Shown here: piece after piece, positions 38,714 to 48,030 of the stretch
How the letters are laid out: each line of letters begins with the position of its first letter
Numbering within the stretch: the first letter of the stretch is position 1
Assembly: GCA_964635715.1 (NCBI GenBank)
Contig: CAZWNZ010000002.1
Coordinates: 104,009 to 168,008 of the forward strand
Length of the DNA: 64,000 nucleotides
Direction: 5' to 3'
Source of the DNA: an uncultured Gammaproteobacteria bacterium
Lineage (GTDB): Bacteria; Patescibacteriota; Microgenomatia; UBA8517
Made by a program: the position numbers and the translations under genes
The notes under the pieces: model-generated
The model's input: the letters and a program-made list of their open reading frames with translations, nothing else
Database searches by the model: none
What the model was told of the DNA's origin: nothing

Positions 38714-39953
38714 TTATTTCGGCTCCCAGAGACCTAAATCTTTCATCTATATTTTCATAACCCCTGGCCACAACCTCCACATTTTCAATCTCGCTTCTAC
38801 CATCGGCACAAAGGGCCGCAATAATTACAGATATCCCCGCTCTTATATCCTTACAAAATAGTCTATCGCTCATTAAAGGTGTCGGACCCGTAACAATAAC
38901 TCTGTGTGGATCAGCTATAAATATTTTTGCGCCCATTGAAATCAGATCGTCAACAAAGAACATCCTCCATTCATACATCCAATCATGACAAACAACCGTC
39001 CCTTTTGTCTGTGTTGCAAGAACTATGAAAGGACTCATTAAATCTGTAGGAAATCCCGGCCATGGACGCGTTTGGAATTTTCCTCTGGCTGATACTAAAT
39101 TAGAAGGAAGTACTGTCAGAGAGTTTTTATTCTCTTTAAGATTTACACCCATATAACGAAGGTAATTTATAATCATCGGGTATTTCTGAGCGTCAAAATC
39201 TTCAATTTCTACTTTACCGCCTGTTACGGCAGTCGCTATGGCAAATGTTCCACCTTCGATGTGGTCAGGACAAACTTTGTGGTTTACGCCATTGAGTTTA
39301 CCCCCTTTAATATTTATTACATTAGATCCTATTCCTGCTATGTCTGCCCCCATACCTGAAAGCATTTCCGCAAGGTTTGTAACATGAGGTTCAGTGGCTG
39401 CGTCGCTTATGGTGAGCTCGCCAGGTAAGGCCGATGCCATCATCAGTCCCATCTCAGTTGCTGTAACCGAAGGTTCATCCAAAAAAATATCTGTTGGTTT
39501 TTTATTTTTCCACTTTAAGAAAAATCTTCCGTCTACACGTTTTATCTCAACTCCGAGCTTTTGCATCATTGCAAAATGAGTGTCGAGTAGCCTTTCTCCT
39601 ATTTGATCACCCCCCGGAGGTGTAACAATTGCTCTGCCAAAGCGCACCAGAAGAGGTGCTGCCAAAACAACCGATGCTCTAAATTTTGCCGACAAATCCG
39701 GATCAGGATCATAAGAATTCAACCCCGAGGGGTCTATTGTAATTTCATGATCAGCTTTGGTTACTTTGACTCCCAATTTGGATATTAAGTCTAACATCAC
39801 GGAAACATCAATAATGTCCGGAACATTTGTAAGCGTTGTGGGTGTATCGGCAAGAAGAGCCGCCGGTATCAATTTTAAAGCCGAATTTTTGTTCCCGGAA
39901 AGGCTAATTTTCCCCTCAAGCTTCCTGCCCCCGGTTACTATGAATTTCGACAT
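38685..39953 (-). CDS. murA: UDP-N-acetylglucosamine 1-carboxyvinyltransferase MurA; start set at internal MSKF
   Basis: ...MSKFIVTGGRKLEGKISLSGNKNSALKLIPAALLADTPTTLTNVPDIIDV...; the ORF track starts 22 codons earlier (40019), which would overlap ftsI. Confidence 0.85.
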   Translation of the reverse strand: MSKFIVTGGRKLEGKISLSGNKNSALKLIPAALLADTPTTLTNVPDIIDVSVMLDLISKLGVKVTKADHEITIDPSGLNSYDPDPDLSAKFRASVVLAAPLLVRFGRAIVTPPGGDQIGERLLDTHFAMMQKLGVEIKRVDGRFFLKWKNKKPTDIFLDEPSVTATEMGLMMASALPGELTISDAATEPHVTNLAEMLSGMGADIAGIGSNVINIKGGKLNGVNHKVCPDHIEGGTFAIATAVTGGKVEIEDFDAQKYPMIINYLRYMGVNLKENKNSLTVLPSNLVSARGKFQTRPWPGFPTDLMSPFIVLATQTKGTVVCHDWMYEWRMFFVDDLISMGAKIFIADPHRVIVTGPTPLMSDRLFCKDIRAGISVIIAALCADGRSEIENVEVVARGYENIDERFRSLGAEIIAKDENSAK

Positions 39954-39972
39954 ATCAATAATTGCTATTGTA

Positions 39973-41712
39973 TCATGGCTCAGGCGCAATCCCAAAATAG
40001 GCAAACAGGTCTTTCGCAATTGCGTACCATAAAGGAGCCGCTGTTTCGGCTGCCCATGGCGAACTCTGGGGTGACTTTAGAGTGACAAGCATAATAAATT
40101 TTGGATTCTCCGGAGAAGCAAATCCAATAAAGGAATGGTTTGTATTTGTTTCATCATAGTGACCCTCAACAGCTATTTGAGCAGTTCCGGTTTTTCCAGC
40201 AATATTATATCCCTGAACCTTACACCACTTTGCCTCACCATCATTGGCAGCTTTTATCATCATCTGCGTAATCTCAGAGGCCGCTTTTTTACTGATTATT
40301 CTCACAGGCTTATCTGTGTCGACTTTTTCTTCCCAACCATCTCCTTTTATCGACTCTACCACTCTGGGAGTTACCAAGTACCCTCCGTTAGCAATGGCTG
40401 CAACTGCCCTAACCATCTCAATTCCGGTTACTGAGACACCTTGACCAAAGCTGGCAGTTGCCAAATCCACCTGATTCCAGGTTCCTTTTTCTCGAAGTTT
40501 TGGAGCAGCTTCACCCTGCAGGTCTATTCCGGTCTTTTGGCCTATACCAAATTTCGTCAGGTAATCATACATTGCGTCCATTCCCAGTTTTTGACCGACA
40601 AATGACATTCCAACATTATCCGATTCCATAATTACATCTGTCATCGTAATATTTGAGGTATACTTATTGTTCCAAGTCTTAATGTAGTATTTATCAAGTT
40701 TCAAAGGACCGTCACAAATATCACATTCCGTATCCGGCTCAACAACTCCGGCGTCAAGTCCTGAAGCCATTATTATCACTTTAAAAATCGATCCTGGTTC
40801 AAAAGTATCGGTAATTATCGGATTTTTAAACAATGTATCGTTATATGAAGAATAATTGGCAGGGTCATAGTAGGGAAAATTTGCCATAGCCAAAATTTGT
40901 CCTGTTTTTGGATCCATTATCGTGACACTTCCACCAATTGCCTGATATTTCTCTACCCCCCTAACCAATTCATTTTCTACTATTGTTTGCACTCTCTTGT
41001 CTATGCTCGTAATTAAACTGACTCCTGAAATAGCACTAACTTCAGTTGATCCATTTAATAAAAGTGGTGAGCCCATTGCGTCTGTTTCCCCACCGATATA
41101 ACCAGATTTGCCGCTTAAAGGTAAATTATAATATCCCTCGAGACCAAAATAACCTGTATCATTTCCATCGCTATCTTTACCTACAAATCCCAAAATTTGT
41201 GCCGCAGAAGATGCCTCAGGGTAATAAGAGGCTTCTGTTTGATCAAAACCGATTCCCTCTATTGTCAACGCCTCAATATTTTTCTTAACACTATCTTGAA
41301 CTTTCTGCTTTAACAAAACCCAGCTGACATCTTTACTTAGTAGAGTGTTTATTCTACTTTTTTCCTCGGAGTATTCTTCAGGTTTTATATTTTCTTCTCC
41401 CATAACCTGCATTAGTTTTTCCGCCACCTCCGAAGTAGATATTTTTACTTTGCGGGGATTAGCCCAAACATTCCAAGCTGTCATTCTGGCAACCCAAGGT
41501 GTGCCGTCAGAAGCCAATATATTGCCTCGCGGAGCGCTAGTTACCAACGAAGATGTGTGCTGATCTTTAGCCTGATCAGCAAGGGTTCTCCCTTCAATTA
41601 CCTGCCAGTAGAACAATCTGACAGTAAGCGCGGAAAATAGCAAAATGAATAAAACAAAAAGAACTCTTATTTTAACAGACATAAATTTATGGAAGTTTAG
41701 CCACAACCTCAC
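39973..41712 (-). CDS. ftsI: class B penicillin-binding protein (FtsI-type transpeptidase)
   Basis: N-terminal TM, dimerisation domain, SxxK (GSIFKV), SxN (ESDNV), KTG(T) (KTGTAQ). Confidence 0.8.
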   Translation of the reverse strand: MRLWLNFHKFMSVKIRVLFVLFILLFSALTVRLFYWQVIEGRTLADQAKDQHTSSLVTSAPRGNILASDGTPWVARMTAWNVWANPRKVKISTSEVAEKLMQVMGEENIKPEEYSEEKSRINTLLSKDVSWVLLKQKVQDSVKKNIEALTIEGIGFDQTEASYYPEASSAAQILGFVGKDSDGNDTGYFGLEGYYNLPLSGKSGYIGGETDAMGSPLLLNGSTEVSAISGVSLITSIDKRVQTIVENELVRGVEKYQAIGGSVTIMDPKTGQILAMANFPYYDPANYSSYNDTLFKNPIITDTFEPGSIFKVIIMASGLDAGVVEPDTECDICDGPLKLDKYYIKTWNNKYTSNITMTDVIMESDNVGMSFVGQKLGMDAMYDYLTKFGIGQKTGIDLQGEAAPKLREKGTWNQVDLATASFGQGVSVTGIEMVRAVAAIANGGYLVTPRVVESIKGDGWEEKVDTDKPVRIISKKAASEITQMMIKAANDGEAKWCKVQGYNIAGKTGTAQIAVEGHYDETNTNHSFIGFASPENPKFIMLVTLKSPQSSPWAAETAAPLWYAIAKDLFAYFGIAPEP

Positions 41713-42016
41713 TGCCGCCGGTTACATAAACTAAATTAGTCGGCTGGGTATAGCCCATTTCACTTCCTTTTTGCTGCAAATCGTTCATGGAAAGAGATTG
41801 TGCAAGAGTATTTTCTAAATTTCTTTTTTCGGCAAGAAGTCTACTTTCCTCATCTCTCAGGCTTGAGACCTCGACACTTGAAGTTGCCGTTTCGACAGTC
41901 ATTAAAATCGAGGATAAAGCCAAAAACACAGCAACTGCAAACAAAATGCATTTAGTGACTTTGCCCCGCAAATCTTCCTTGTTATTGTTTTTAACTGATA
42001 AATTACGTCTTTTCAT
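41687..42016 (-). CDS. ftsL: FtsL-like septum formation protein
   Basis: 109 aa with one TM and a coiled coil; sits between rsmH and ftsI. Confidence 0.5.
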   Translation of the reverse strand: MKRRNLSVKNNNKEDLRGKVTKCILFAVAVFLALSSILMTVETATSSVEVSSLRDEESRLLAEKRNLENTLAQSLSMNDLQQKGSEMGYTQPTNLVYVTGGSEVVAKLP

Positions 42017-42894
42017 TTTTCTAAAATGCGCATTTTTGCGCTTCTCGCTCTTTTATTCAATCTCAACTCACCTTCCCCTGCCATAACTGGCCTAAAAGTA
42101 ATCTGTTTGGCCCCAATACTAGCCATTTCCTTGAAAAAGTTCTTAACTAAGACATCTTCCTTTGAATGAAAGCTTATTACTACCAACCTTCCACCTTTTT
42201 TAAGTAAACCGAATGCCTTAGGTAAAACCTCTTCCAAATTTGAAAGTTCGCTATTGACTGCAATCCTAACTGCCAAAAACGGCAATGTTGCTTCATTAAG
42301 ACCGGGTTTGCCCACTTTTAAACCCTCGCATATTTCGAGAAAATCTCCGACGGTCTCAATTGCTTTCACATTCCTCGAATGAATTACTCTTCCGGAAATC
42401 CATTTAGATGCACCAGGTTCAAGAGTAACTTCAAACATTTGTCTCAATTGATCCTCCCTTAAAACATTGAGCAAATCTGATCCTTTGACTCCCTGATCCT
42501 TCGGATCCATTCTCATATCAAGAATTGCCTCAGGATTCGCAAAAGAAAATCCACGCTCAACATCTTTCAAATGTAAATTTGTAACCCCAAGATCCAACAG
42601 TATCCCATCAATTTCATTCCAACCTTCTTTCTTGGCAATTTCATCAACTTTTGAGAAATTTCCCTGAACAAGCTTATATGTTTCTCTGTCTCCGATCTCC
42701 TTCTCAAGTCTATCGGTAGCAATCTTAAGCATCTTTGGATCCATATCAATCCCCAAAACTTTACCGCCAAGCTTTAATATTTCCAGGCTGTGACCTGCAT
42801 TTCCTAAAGTTGCGTCGATATACCTACCGTTTTTTTCAATGTGCAAAGCATCAACTACTTCTTCTACCAAGACTGTCTCGTGATAATTTTTCAT
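42013..42894 (-). CDS. rsmH: 16S rRNA (cytosine1402-N4)-methyltransferase RsmH (MraW)
   Basis: ...ETVLVEEVVDALHIEKNGRYIDATLGNAGHS... matches the RsmH family. Confidence 0.9.
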   Translation of the reverse strand: MKNYHETVLVEEVVDALHIEKNGRYIDATLGNAGHSLEILKLGGKVLGIDMDPKMLKIATDRLEKEIGDRETYKLVQGNFSKVDEIAKKEGWNEIDGILLDLGVTNLHLKDVERGFSFANPEAILDMRMDPKDQGVKGSDLLNVLREDQLRQMFEVTLEPGASKWISGRVIHSRNVKAIETVGDFLEICEGLKVGKPGLNEATLPFLAVRIAVNSELSNLEEVLPKAFGLLKKGGRLVVISFHSKEDVLVKNFFKEMASIGAKQITFRPVMAGEGELRLNKRARSAKMRILEK

Positions 42895-43322
42895 TTTCTT
42901 TTTGCCAGGTCTTCTATATAACTTGCTGCATTTGTAACAACTTCCTTTTCTTTCTCATCCCAAAGCTGCTTGCTCCAAACCTCAACTCTATCCCCAACCC
43001 CTATAAAGTAAATATCCTCGTCAAATCTTGAATATTTCACCAGTATTTCCGGTATTACAATCCTTCCCTGATCGTCTGGCACTACTTCAAAAGCCTGTGC
43101 CAAGATAAATCTTTCCGTATCCCGAACAGGTATTACAGCAAGCTGTTTTTCACCAACCAATCTTTTGTAAAGAGCATTCCAACCTTCCTGATCAATTAAT
43201 ACAAGACAACCTTCGTACCATCTGGCTAAAATAAGTGACTTTCCTAAATTTTTTCGGAGAGAAGAGGGAACGGCCACTCTGTGACCGGAGACAAACTTTG
43301 CAGGATATGTTCCTAAAAGCAT
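42891..43322 (-). CDS. mraZ: transcriptional regulator MraZ
   Basis: MLLGTYPAKF..GHRVAVPSSLR... duplicated MraZ/SpoVT-AbrB fold; first gene of the dcw cluster. Confidence 0.85.
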   Translation of the reverse strand: MLLGTYPAKFVSGHRVAVPSSLRKNLGKSLILARWYEGCLVLIDQEGWNALYKRLVGEKQLAVIPVRDTERFILAQAFEVVPDDQGRIVIPEILVKYSRFDEDIYFIGVGDRVEVWSKQLWDEKEKEVVTNAASYIEDLAKRK

Positions 43323-43374
43323 AACAATATTGTGAACTGGGCAGGTTCATATTTATTCTGGTTTGATCAGGTCT

Positions 43375-43402
43375 TAACCATTTCTCACCATTAGTAACCA
43401 TT
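43375..43402 (-). promoter_or_regulatory. three direct repeats AATGGT(T/G)A with exact 10-bp phasing (candidate MraZ-binding box)
   Basis: Minus-strand reading TAATGGTTAC-TAATGGTGAG-AAATGGTTAA lies immediately after and overlapping the -10 element. The phased-triple-repeat architecture mirrors known MraZ operators. Confidence 0.4.
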
Positions 43403-43428
43403 AAATATTATTTTCACGGTTATGTCAA
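43400..43428 (-). promoter_or_regulatory. candidate sigma70-like Pmra promoter (TTGACA-17-TTTAAT)
   Basis: Minus-strand reading GGGCTTGACA-TAACCGTGAAAATAATA-TTTAAT, about 75 nt upstream of the mraZ start. Confidence 0.4.
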
Positions 43429-43459
43429 GCCCTTCTTTCACGAAAAGACGGGGCGAAGA

Positions 43460-43479
43460 TCCCGAGCGAAGTCGAGGGG
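43460..43479 (-). promoter_or_regulatory. copy 1 of recurrent motif (gene-direction reading CCCCTCGACTTCGCTCGGGA), about 135 nt upstream of mraZ
   Basis: See findings; aligns to TCCTTCGA-N5-CTCAGGA with three mismatches. Confidence 0.3.
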
Positions 43480-43566
43480 TCAAGTACCTTATATGCGAAA
43501 TTTTTGATGGGATCAAGCCGAAAAAAAACGCGTTGAATTAAAAAAAATGATTTCTAAGAAGAAAAT

Positions 43567-44232
43567 TTATTGAGAAATTGTGCCTGTGTAATCTTTTCCA
43601 TCAGAAGCAAAGATTCCGTACCCGTTCTGCCAAACAACTGTGGGGACTTCAGGCTGGGCATAAGTTTTCATCGTCACAAAGTAAACATTCTTGGCAATTT
43701 TGTCCAAAGTATAGTTAAAAGTGCCATCAGCCGAGGTCAGTTCGGCCACACCTGTTTGTAAATGGAATTCTGTGGAAAGCTTTCCTATCATTTTTCCATC
43801 TTCATTTCTAAAAGTGATTGTCATTGTGCCTGTTTCCACACCGGCATCATACCTATATTTCCCTGAGGATTCAGACCCGAGAAGTAGTTTCTTTTCAATA
43901 CTGTCGCCCGTTATATTGATCTTTCCGGGAACTCCCTGCTGACCTCCATCACTGGTATTATAAACAAGCAAATAGTCCATTGAGGAGGCTCCTTTAATAT
44001 TAATTTTCTCAACTTTAAAATTTAACCAATGACCCATGGAGCCGTTTACATCGGATTTTTCCGTGGGAGTCAAAGATATCGCGGGCCATTGCGATTCGGA
44101 AAGAACCGGGACATTTGATTCATCTTCTTTCTCATCCGTAGATTTATTCTTGTTTCTAAATATAAAGAAGCCGATAACAACAAGCACAACAACCATAACT
44201 CCTGCAATAATCGGCAATATTTTCTTTTGCAT
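43567..44232 (-). CDS. membrane-anchored exported protein (hypothetical)
   Basis: N-terminal TM, acidic linker, then a beta-rich extracellular domain. Confidence 0.4.
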   Translation of the reverse strand: MQKKILPIIAGVMVVVLVVIGFFIFRNKNKSTDEKEDESNVPVLSESQWPAISLTPTEKSDVNGSMGHWLNFKVEKINIKGASSMDYLLVYNTSDGGQQGVPGKINITGDSIEKKLLLGSESSGKYRYDAGVETGTMTITFRNEDGKMIGKLSTEFHLQTGVAELTSADGTFNYTLDKIAKNVYFVTMKTYAQPEVPTVVWQNGYGIFASDGKDYTGTISQ

Positions 44233-44237
44233 AACGC

Positions 44238-45539
44238 TTACTTTAATCTATTTTGAAAATAATCTGTTAAATTGTCAATGGCAATCCGCTCCTGTTTGGC
44301 TGTATCACGGTCGCGTACGGTAACCATTCCGTCTTCAAGAGACTGAAAATCGACGGTTACACACCAAGGAGTACCTATCTCGTCCTGCGCAAAGTACCTT
44401 TTTCCGATATTTCCTCTATCATCCCATGTAACGCTTAGATTTTGCTTAAGATTTTGGTAAATTTCCCTGGCTTTTGAAGTCAGTTCAGGTTTATTCGCCA
44501 ATAACGGAAATACCGCTACTTTGTAAGGCGCAAGTTTGGGATGAAGCTTTAAATAAACTCTATCTTCTTCCTCGCGGTAAGCATCGATCAAGAAGAAAAG
44601 CATTGCCCTATCAACTCCGCCGGAAGTTTCAATTACCCAAGGAGTGTATTCTTCACCAGTAATGTTGTCTTTATAATTAAGTCCGTGGTTTTTCAGGTCA
44701 TAATCTCCCCTGTGATGAATTCCCTCAAATTCACTCCAGCCGAACGGGGAATTGTATTCAATATCTGTTGCGTATTTGGCATAATGGGCTCTTTTTTCCG
44801 GTTCATGATCGTGAAACTTAAGCTTTTCAGGATCAATTCCCAAACTCACATACCATTTCTTTCTCATTTCCTTAAAGTATTCAAAGGTGTCCTTACTTTC
44901 TTCTTCATCAGGTTTTACAAAATATTCAAGCTCCATTTGCTCAAACTCGCGCGAGCGGAAGGTTAAGTTTCCCGGGGTAATCTCGTTCCTGAAAGCTTTT
45001 CCGATCTGGGCAATTCCAAAAGGAATTTTAACGCGTGTTGAATCGACAACATTTTTGAAATTAACAAAAGCTCCCTGAGTAATTTCTCCCCTTAAATATG
45101 ATTTTTCCTTCGGTTCGGTTGTCCCCAAAAGAACCTCCGTCATAAGATTAAATGTTTTGGGCTCTGTCCAGATATTTTTCTCGTCTTTGTGTGTTTTTTC
45201 GTGATCAGCAACTACATCTTCATTATCAGCACGAACTCTTTTGTGGCAAACCTTGCATTCAACTAAAGGATCGGTGAAAGCTTTAAGATGGCCTGATTTC
45301 TCCCAGACGGTGGGTTTCATGACAATGGCAGCATCTATTCCGACTACATTTTCCTGATCGTAAACCATATATTTCCACCATTCTCTTTTTATGTTATTTT
45401 TCATCTCGATCCCGGCAGGACCATAATCCCAGAAGCCCTGATATCCGCCGTAAATTTCAGATCCCTGGAAGATAAAGCCGCGGCGTTTTGCAAGTGAAGT
45501 AATTTTCTCCATCGTTACTGAAGATTCGTTATTATCCAT
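44238..45539 (-). CDS. glyQS: glycine--tRNA ligase (dimeric glyQS type)
   Basis: ...RRGFIFQGSEIYGGYQGFWDYGPAGIEMKNNIKREWW... N-terminus and class II motifs. Confidence 0.85.
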   Translation of the reverse strand: MDNNESSVTMEKITSLAKRRGFIFQGSEIYGGYQGFWDYGPAGIEMKNNIKREWWKYMVYDQENVVGIDAAIVMKPTVWEKSGHLKAFTDPLVECKVCHKRVRADNEDVVADHEKTHKDEKNIWTEPKTFNLMTEVLLGTTEPKEKSYLRGEITQGAFVNFKNVVDSTRVKIPFGIAQIGKAFRNEITPGNLTFRSREFEQMELEYFVKPDEEESKDTFEYFKEMRKKWYVSLGIDPEKLKFHDHEPEKRAHYAKYATDIEYNSPFGWSEFEGIHHRGDYDLKNHGLNYKDNITGEEYTPWVIETSGGVDRAMLFFLIDAYREEEDRVYLKLHPKLAPYKVAVFPLLANKPELTSKAREIYQNLKQNLSVTWDDRGNIGKRYFAQDEIGTPWCVTVDFQSLEDGMVTVRDRDTAKQERIAIDNLTDYFQNRLK

Positions 45540-45558
45540 ATACCAAGAATTGTACTAT

Positions 45559-46032
45559 TTACATGTTCAAAAACCAAACGGAGAAATTAAGAAGTGTGGC
45601 AAAACTTACCCAGGCGATATAGGGATAAAGAAGATAACTGGCAACTTTATCTATTTTTCTAAAGGAAAAGATTGTTTTCAAAATAAGAAACCACATAAAA
45701 ATAATTACTATCAGAGCCAACAGAAGATTTTTTACGCCAAAAAAAATTGGAGACCAAAGAGCATTAACGACAAGCTGGGCTGCAAAAAGCTTCATTGCAC
45801 CGGTTACTTTTTTATTGTCATTAAGTTTTTTCCAAATTAAATAGAAAGATACCCCCATCAAAATATACAAAAGCGTCCACATCGGTGCAAAAATCCAATT
45901 CGGCGGATTAAAAGAAGGTTTAACTAGACCTGCATACCAATTCGGGATGGCAGAAGCCGTAAAGAAAGAACCCAAACTCCCGACAAATAAGCAAATTACA
46001 ATTGAGGATACTAGTTTCAGGTATTTCCTCAT
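45559..46032 (-). CDS. tspO: TspO/MBR family tryptophan-rich membrane protein; start set at internal MRKY
   Basis: ...WYAGLVKPSFNPPNWIFAPMWTLLYILMG... matches the TspO signature; the ORF track start (46182) adds an unlikely 50-aa extension. Confidence 0.6.
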   Translation of the reverse strand: MRKYLKLVSSIVICLFVGSLGSFFTASAIPNWYAGLVKPSFNPPNWIFAPMWTLLYILMGVSFYLIWKKLNDNKKVTGAMKLFAAQLVVNALWSPIFFGVKNLLLALIVIIFMWFLILKTIFSFRKIDKVASYLLYPYIAWVSFATLLNFSVWFLNM

Positions 46033-46058
46033 ACAAATTATATTAGCATACAGATATA

Positions 46059-47111
46059 ATGAATACCAATATGTTTCAAAAAATAAGATCGGACAAAAGA
46101 CTTTTAACGCTTTTTTTTGCCGTTGTTTTTGTTTTGGGATTTGGTTTGACTTATCTTGTTTTAAAGCTAACCGATTCATCAAAAAGTTTAGCTTCCACGG
46201 AAAACCAAAATGCTTACATAAACGCCACTCCCGAACCGATCAATGATTCCAATAAGGGAATTTTTAATGTTGTTCTTTTTGGTTACGGCGGCGCGGGACA
46301 TGACGGCGGGGGCTTAACGGACAGTATTATTGTTGCACACATAGACACGAATACTAAAAAATACATTTTAATTTCCATACCCCGGGATATGTGGATCAGT
46401 GGAGGAAGAAAGATAAATGCCGAAGCTTCAGTAAACGGATATCAGGGTGCAAGCTCCGCAATAGGCAGTATAACCGGGCTATCAATTAACAACTACATTG
46501 CAGTGGACTTTTCCAACTATTCAAAAATAATCGATAATTTGGGAGGGGTGGACGTTGAAGTCCCCACATCTTTTACTGATACTCTATACCCTATTGAGGG
46601 AGAGGAAAATAATACCTGCGGAAAGACAGAGAATGAGATTAATACACTAGAAGCCCAGTATTCCGATTTTAACCTGGAAAAGCAGTTTACCTGCCGGTAC
46701 GAAACTATTTCTTATCAACAAGGTCCAGCAACTCTTGATGGAACTGCCGCTCTAAAATTTGTCCGTTCGCGTCATGGAGACAGTGACTTCGGAAGATCCG
46801 CAAGACAATTCGCAGTTTTGACGGGGATAAAAAATAAGCTTCTCACTCTACATTCACTAAGCAAGCTTGATTCAACAATAGGGTTGCTTTTTGACATGGT
46901 AAAAACGGATTTGACCCTTGGAAAAATTAAGACACTTATGGAAGTTTTTGGCGACGGATCAGCCTACACTACTTCCGAAATACACCTAACTACCGAAAAC
47001 GTCTTAACGGAAGGTAAATCCCAAGCTGGGGCATATATTCTTTATCCGAAAGCGGGGGTGAATAATTTCAGTTCAATCCAAAGCTATATTTCAAACTCAA
47101 TTTCAAATTAA
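46059..47111 (+). CDS. LytR-CpsA-Psr (LCP) family protein
   Basis: N-terminal TM and ...VVLFGYGGAGHDGGGLTDSIIVAHIDTNTKKYILISIPRD... LCP core. Confidence 0.75.
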   Translation: MNTNMFQKIRSDKRLLTLFFAVVFVLGFGLTYLVLKLTDSSKSLASTENQNAYINATPEPINDSNKGIFNVVLFGYGGAGHDGGGLTDSIIVAHIDTNTKKYILISIPRDMWISGGRKINAEASVNGYQGASSAIGSITGLSINNYIAVDFSNYSKIIDNLGGVDVEVPTSFTDTLYPIEGEENNTCGKTENEINTLEAQYSDFNLEKQFTCRYETISYQQGPATLDGTAALKFVRSRHGDSDFGRSARQFAVLTGIKNKLLTLHSLSKLDSTIGLLFDMVKTDLTLGKIKTLMEVFGDGSAYTTSEIHLTTENVLTEGKSQAGAYILYPKAGVNNFSSIQSYISNSISN

Positions 47112-47174
47112 TAATTTCTAAACAAATCCTAATTCTCCAATTATTTAAATTTATTAGTCATTAAAAATTAGAAA

Positions 47175-48008
47175 TTAGTCATTTAATACATATACGTCCT
47201 GCCTGGTTTCACTCACTCCAACAAACTCCCCTTCCCCTTTTAGTATTCTTTCATAGGGTCGACAGGCGTAGCAACCGTCCTTGGAGCATTTGAAATGATT
47301 GATTTTGCGGGCTAGCTGAATTCTTTTGGCAATTTTATAAACTTTGTCGTACGATTGCCCCAAATCAGGCAATTCTTTTTTAACAATTCCGTCATCACGA
47401 TCAAGATACCAATAGGAAGCACCTGTAACTTTTTTTGTTTGAGTATTCTTGGCCAGAAGAAGATAAATAGGAAGCTGAAGCGAATCCTCTTTTTCTTCAT
47501 TTTTACCTGTTTTAAAATCAATAATTTGAACCGAATCATCCTCCTCTTCATACTTTAACCAATCGATCTTACCGCAAAGAATCAATCCTTCCTCTTCGTT
47601 AAGCCAGTAGTTTGGCAGGCCCATTTTTGATTTAATTTTAATTGCTTTTTCCAAAATTGGTCCCGGATTTTCCTGAAGATTAATAAGCATTTGAGTGGCA
47701 CGCTGCCTATATTCCATTTCTTCTTCATGATTCTTAAATCCTCCTTTTTTACCGGTAATCTTCAACCAAACAGGATCCAATTTTTTAACAAGAGATACCT
47801 TAAGACGCTCTTCTACCGGAAGTACTGCCAAAGACTCAATTACCTCATGAACTGCAGACCCTAAAGCCATTGGGGGTGTAACTATGGCCATTTTCCTACC
47901 GGTTTTGGGGTTTTTATAAACGTTCCGAAGATAGTACGCGCGCGGGCATTTTAGAAAATCGGAAATAGAAGAATGGGAAACCCAAGTCGCCGAATATTTA
48001 TCGCCCAT
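47175..48008 (-). CDS. PD-(D/E)XK nuclease with 4-Cys cluster (Cas4/RecB-like, stand-alone)
   Basis: Motifs GKIDWL, IIDFKTGK and QLPIYLL. Cys in LKCPRAYY plus CSKDGCYAC form a Cas4-like Fe-S arrangement. Confidence 0.5.
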   Translation of the reverse strand: MGDKYSATWVSHSSISDFLKCPRAYYLRNVYKNPKTGRKMAIVTPPMALGSAVHEVIESLAVLPVEERLKVSLVKKLDPVWLKITGKKGGFKNHEEEMEYRQRATQMLINLQENPGPILEKAIKIKSKMGLPNYWLNEEEGLILCGKIDWLKYEEEDDSVQIIDFKTGKNEEKEDSLQLPIYLLLAKNTQTKKVTGASYWYLDRDDGIVKKELPDLGQSYDKVYKIAKRIQLARKINHFKCSKDGCYACRPYERILKGEGEFVGVSETRQDVYVLND

Positions 48009-48030
48009 GTTTTATTATACAAGAAGTTGC

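Noticed and set aside
38685-40019. Long form of murA starting at 40019
   Set aside because: It would overlap the ftsI stop by 47 nt. The internal ATG at 39953 gives the canonical MSKFIVTGG N-terminus of MurA.
43567-43600. Intrinsic terminator downstream of the 43567..44232 gene (AACGCGTT followed by a T-run)
   Set aside because: The stem is only a 4-bp self-complementary sequence with no loop. It is too weak to call, and the region more likely serves the mraZ promoter.
45559-46182. Long form of tspO (207 aa) and long form of the nudix gene starting at 51953
   Set aside because: The N-terminal extensions are non-conserved, and the Nudix long form overlaps the convergent gene. Internal Met starts give family-typical lengths.
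47175-48008. Cas4-like Fe-S nuclease as evidence of a CRISPR-Cas locus
   Set aside because: No cas1/cas2 or effector genes, and no repeat-spacer array, are visible anywhere in the window. Stand-alone Cas4/RecB-like nucleases are common.
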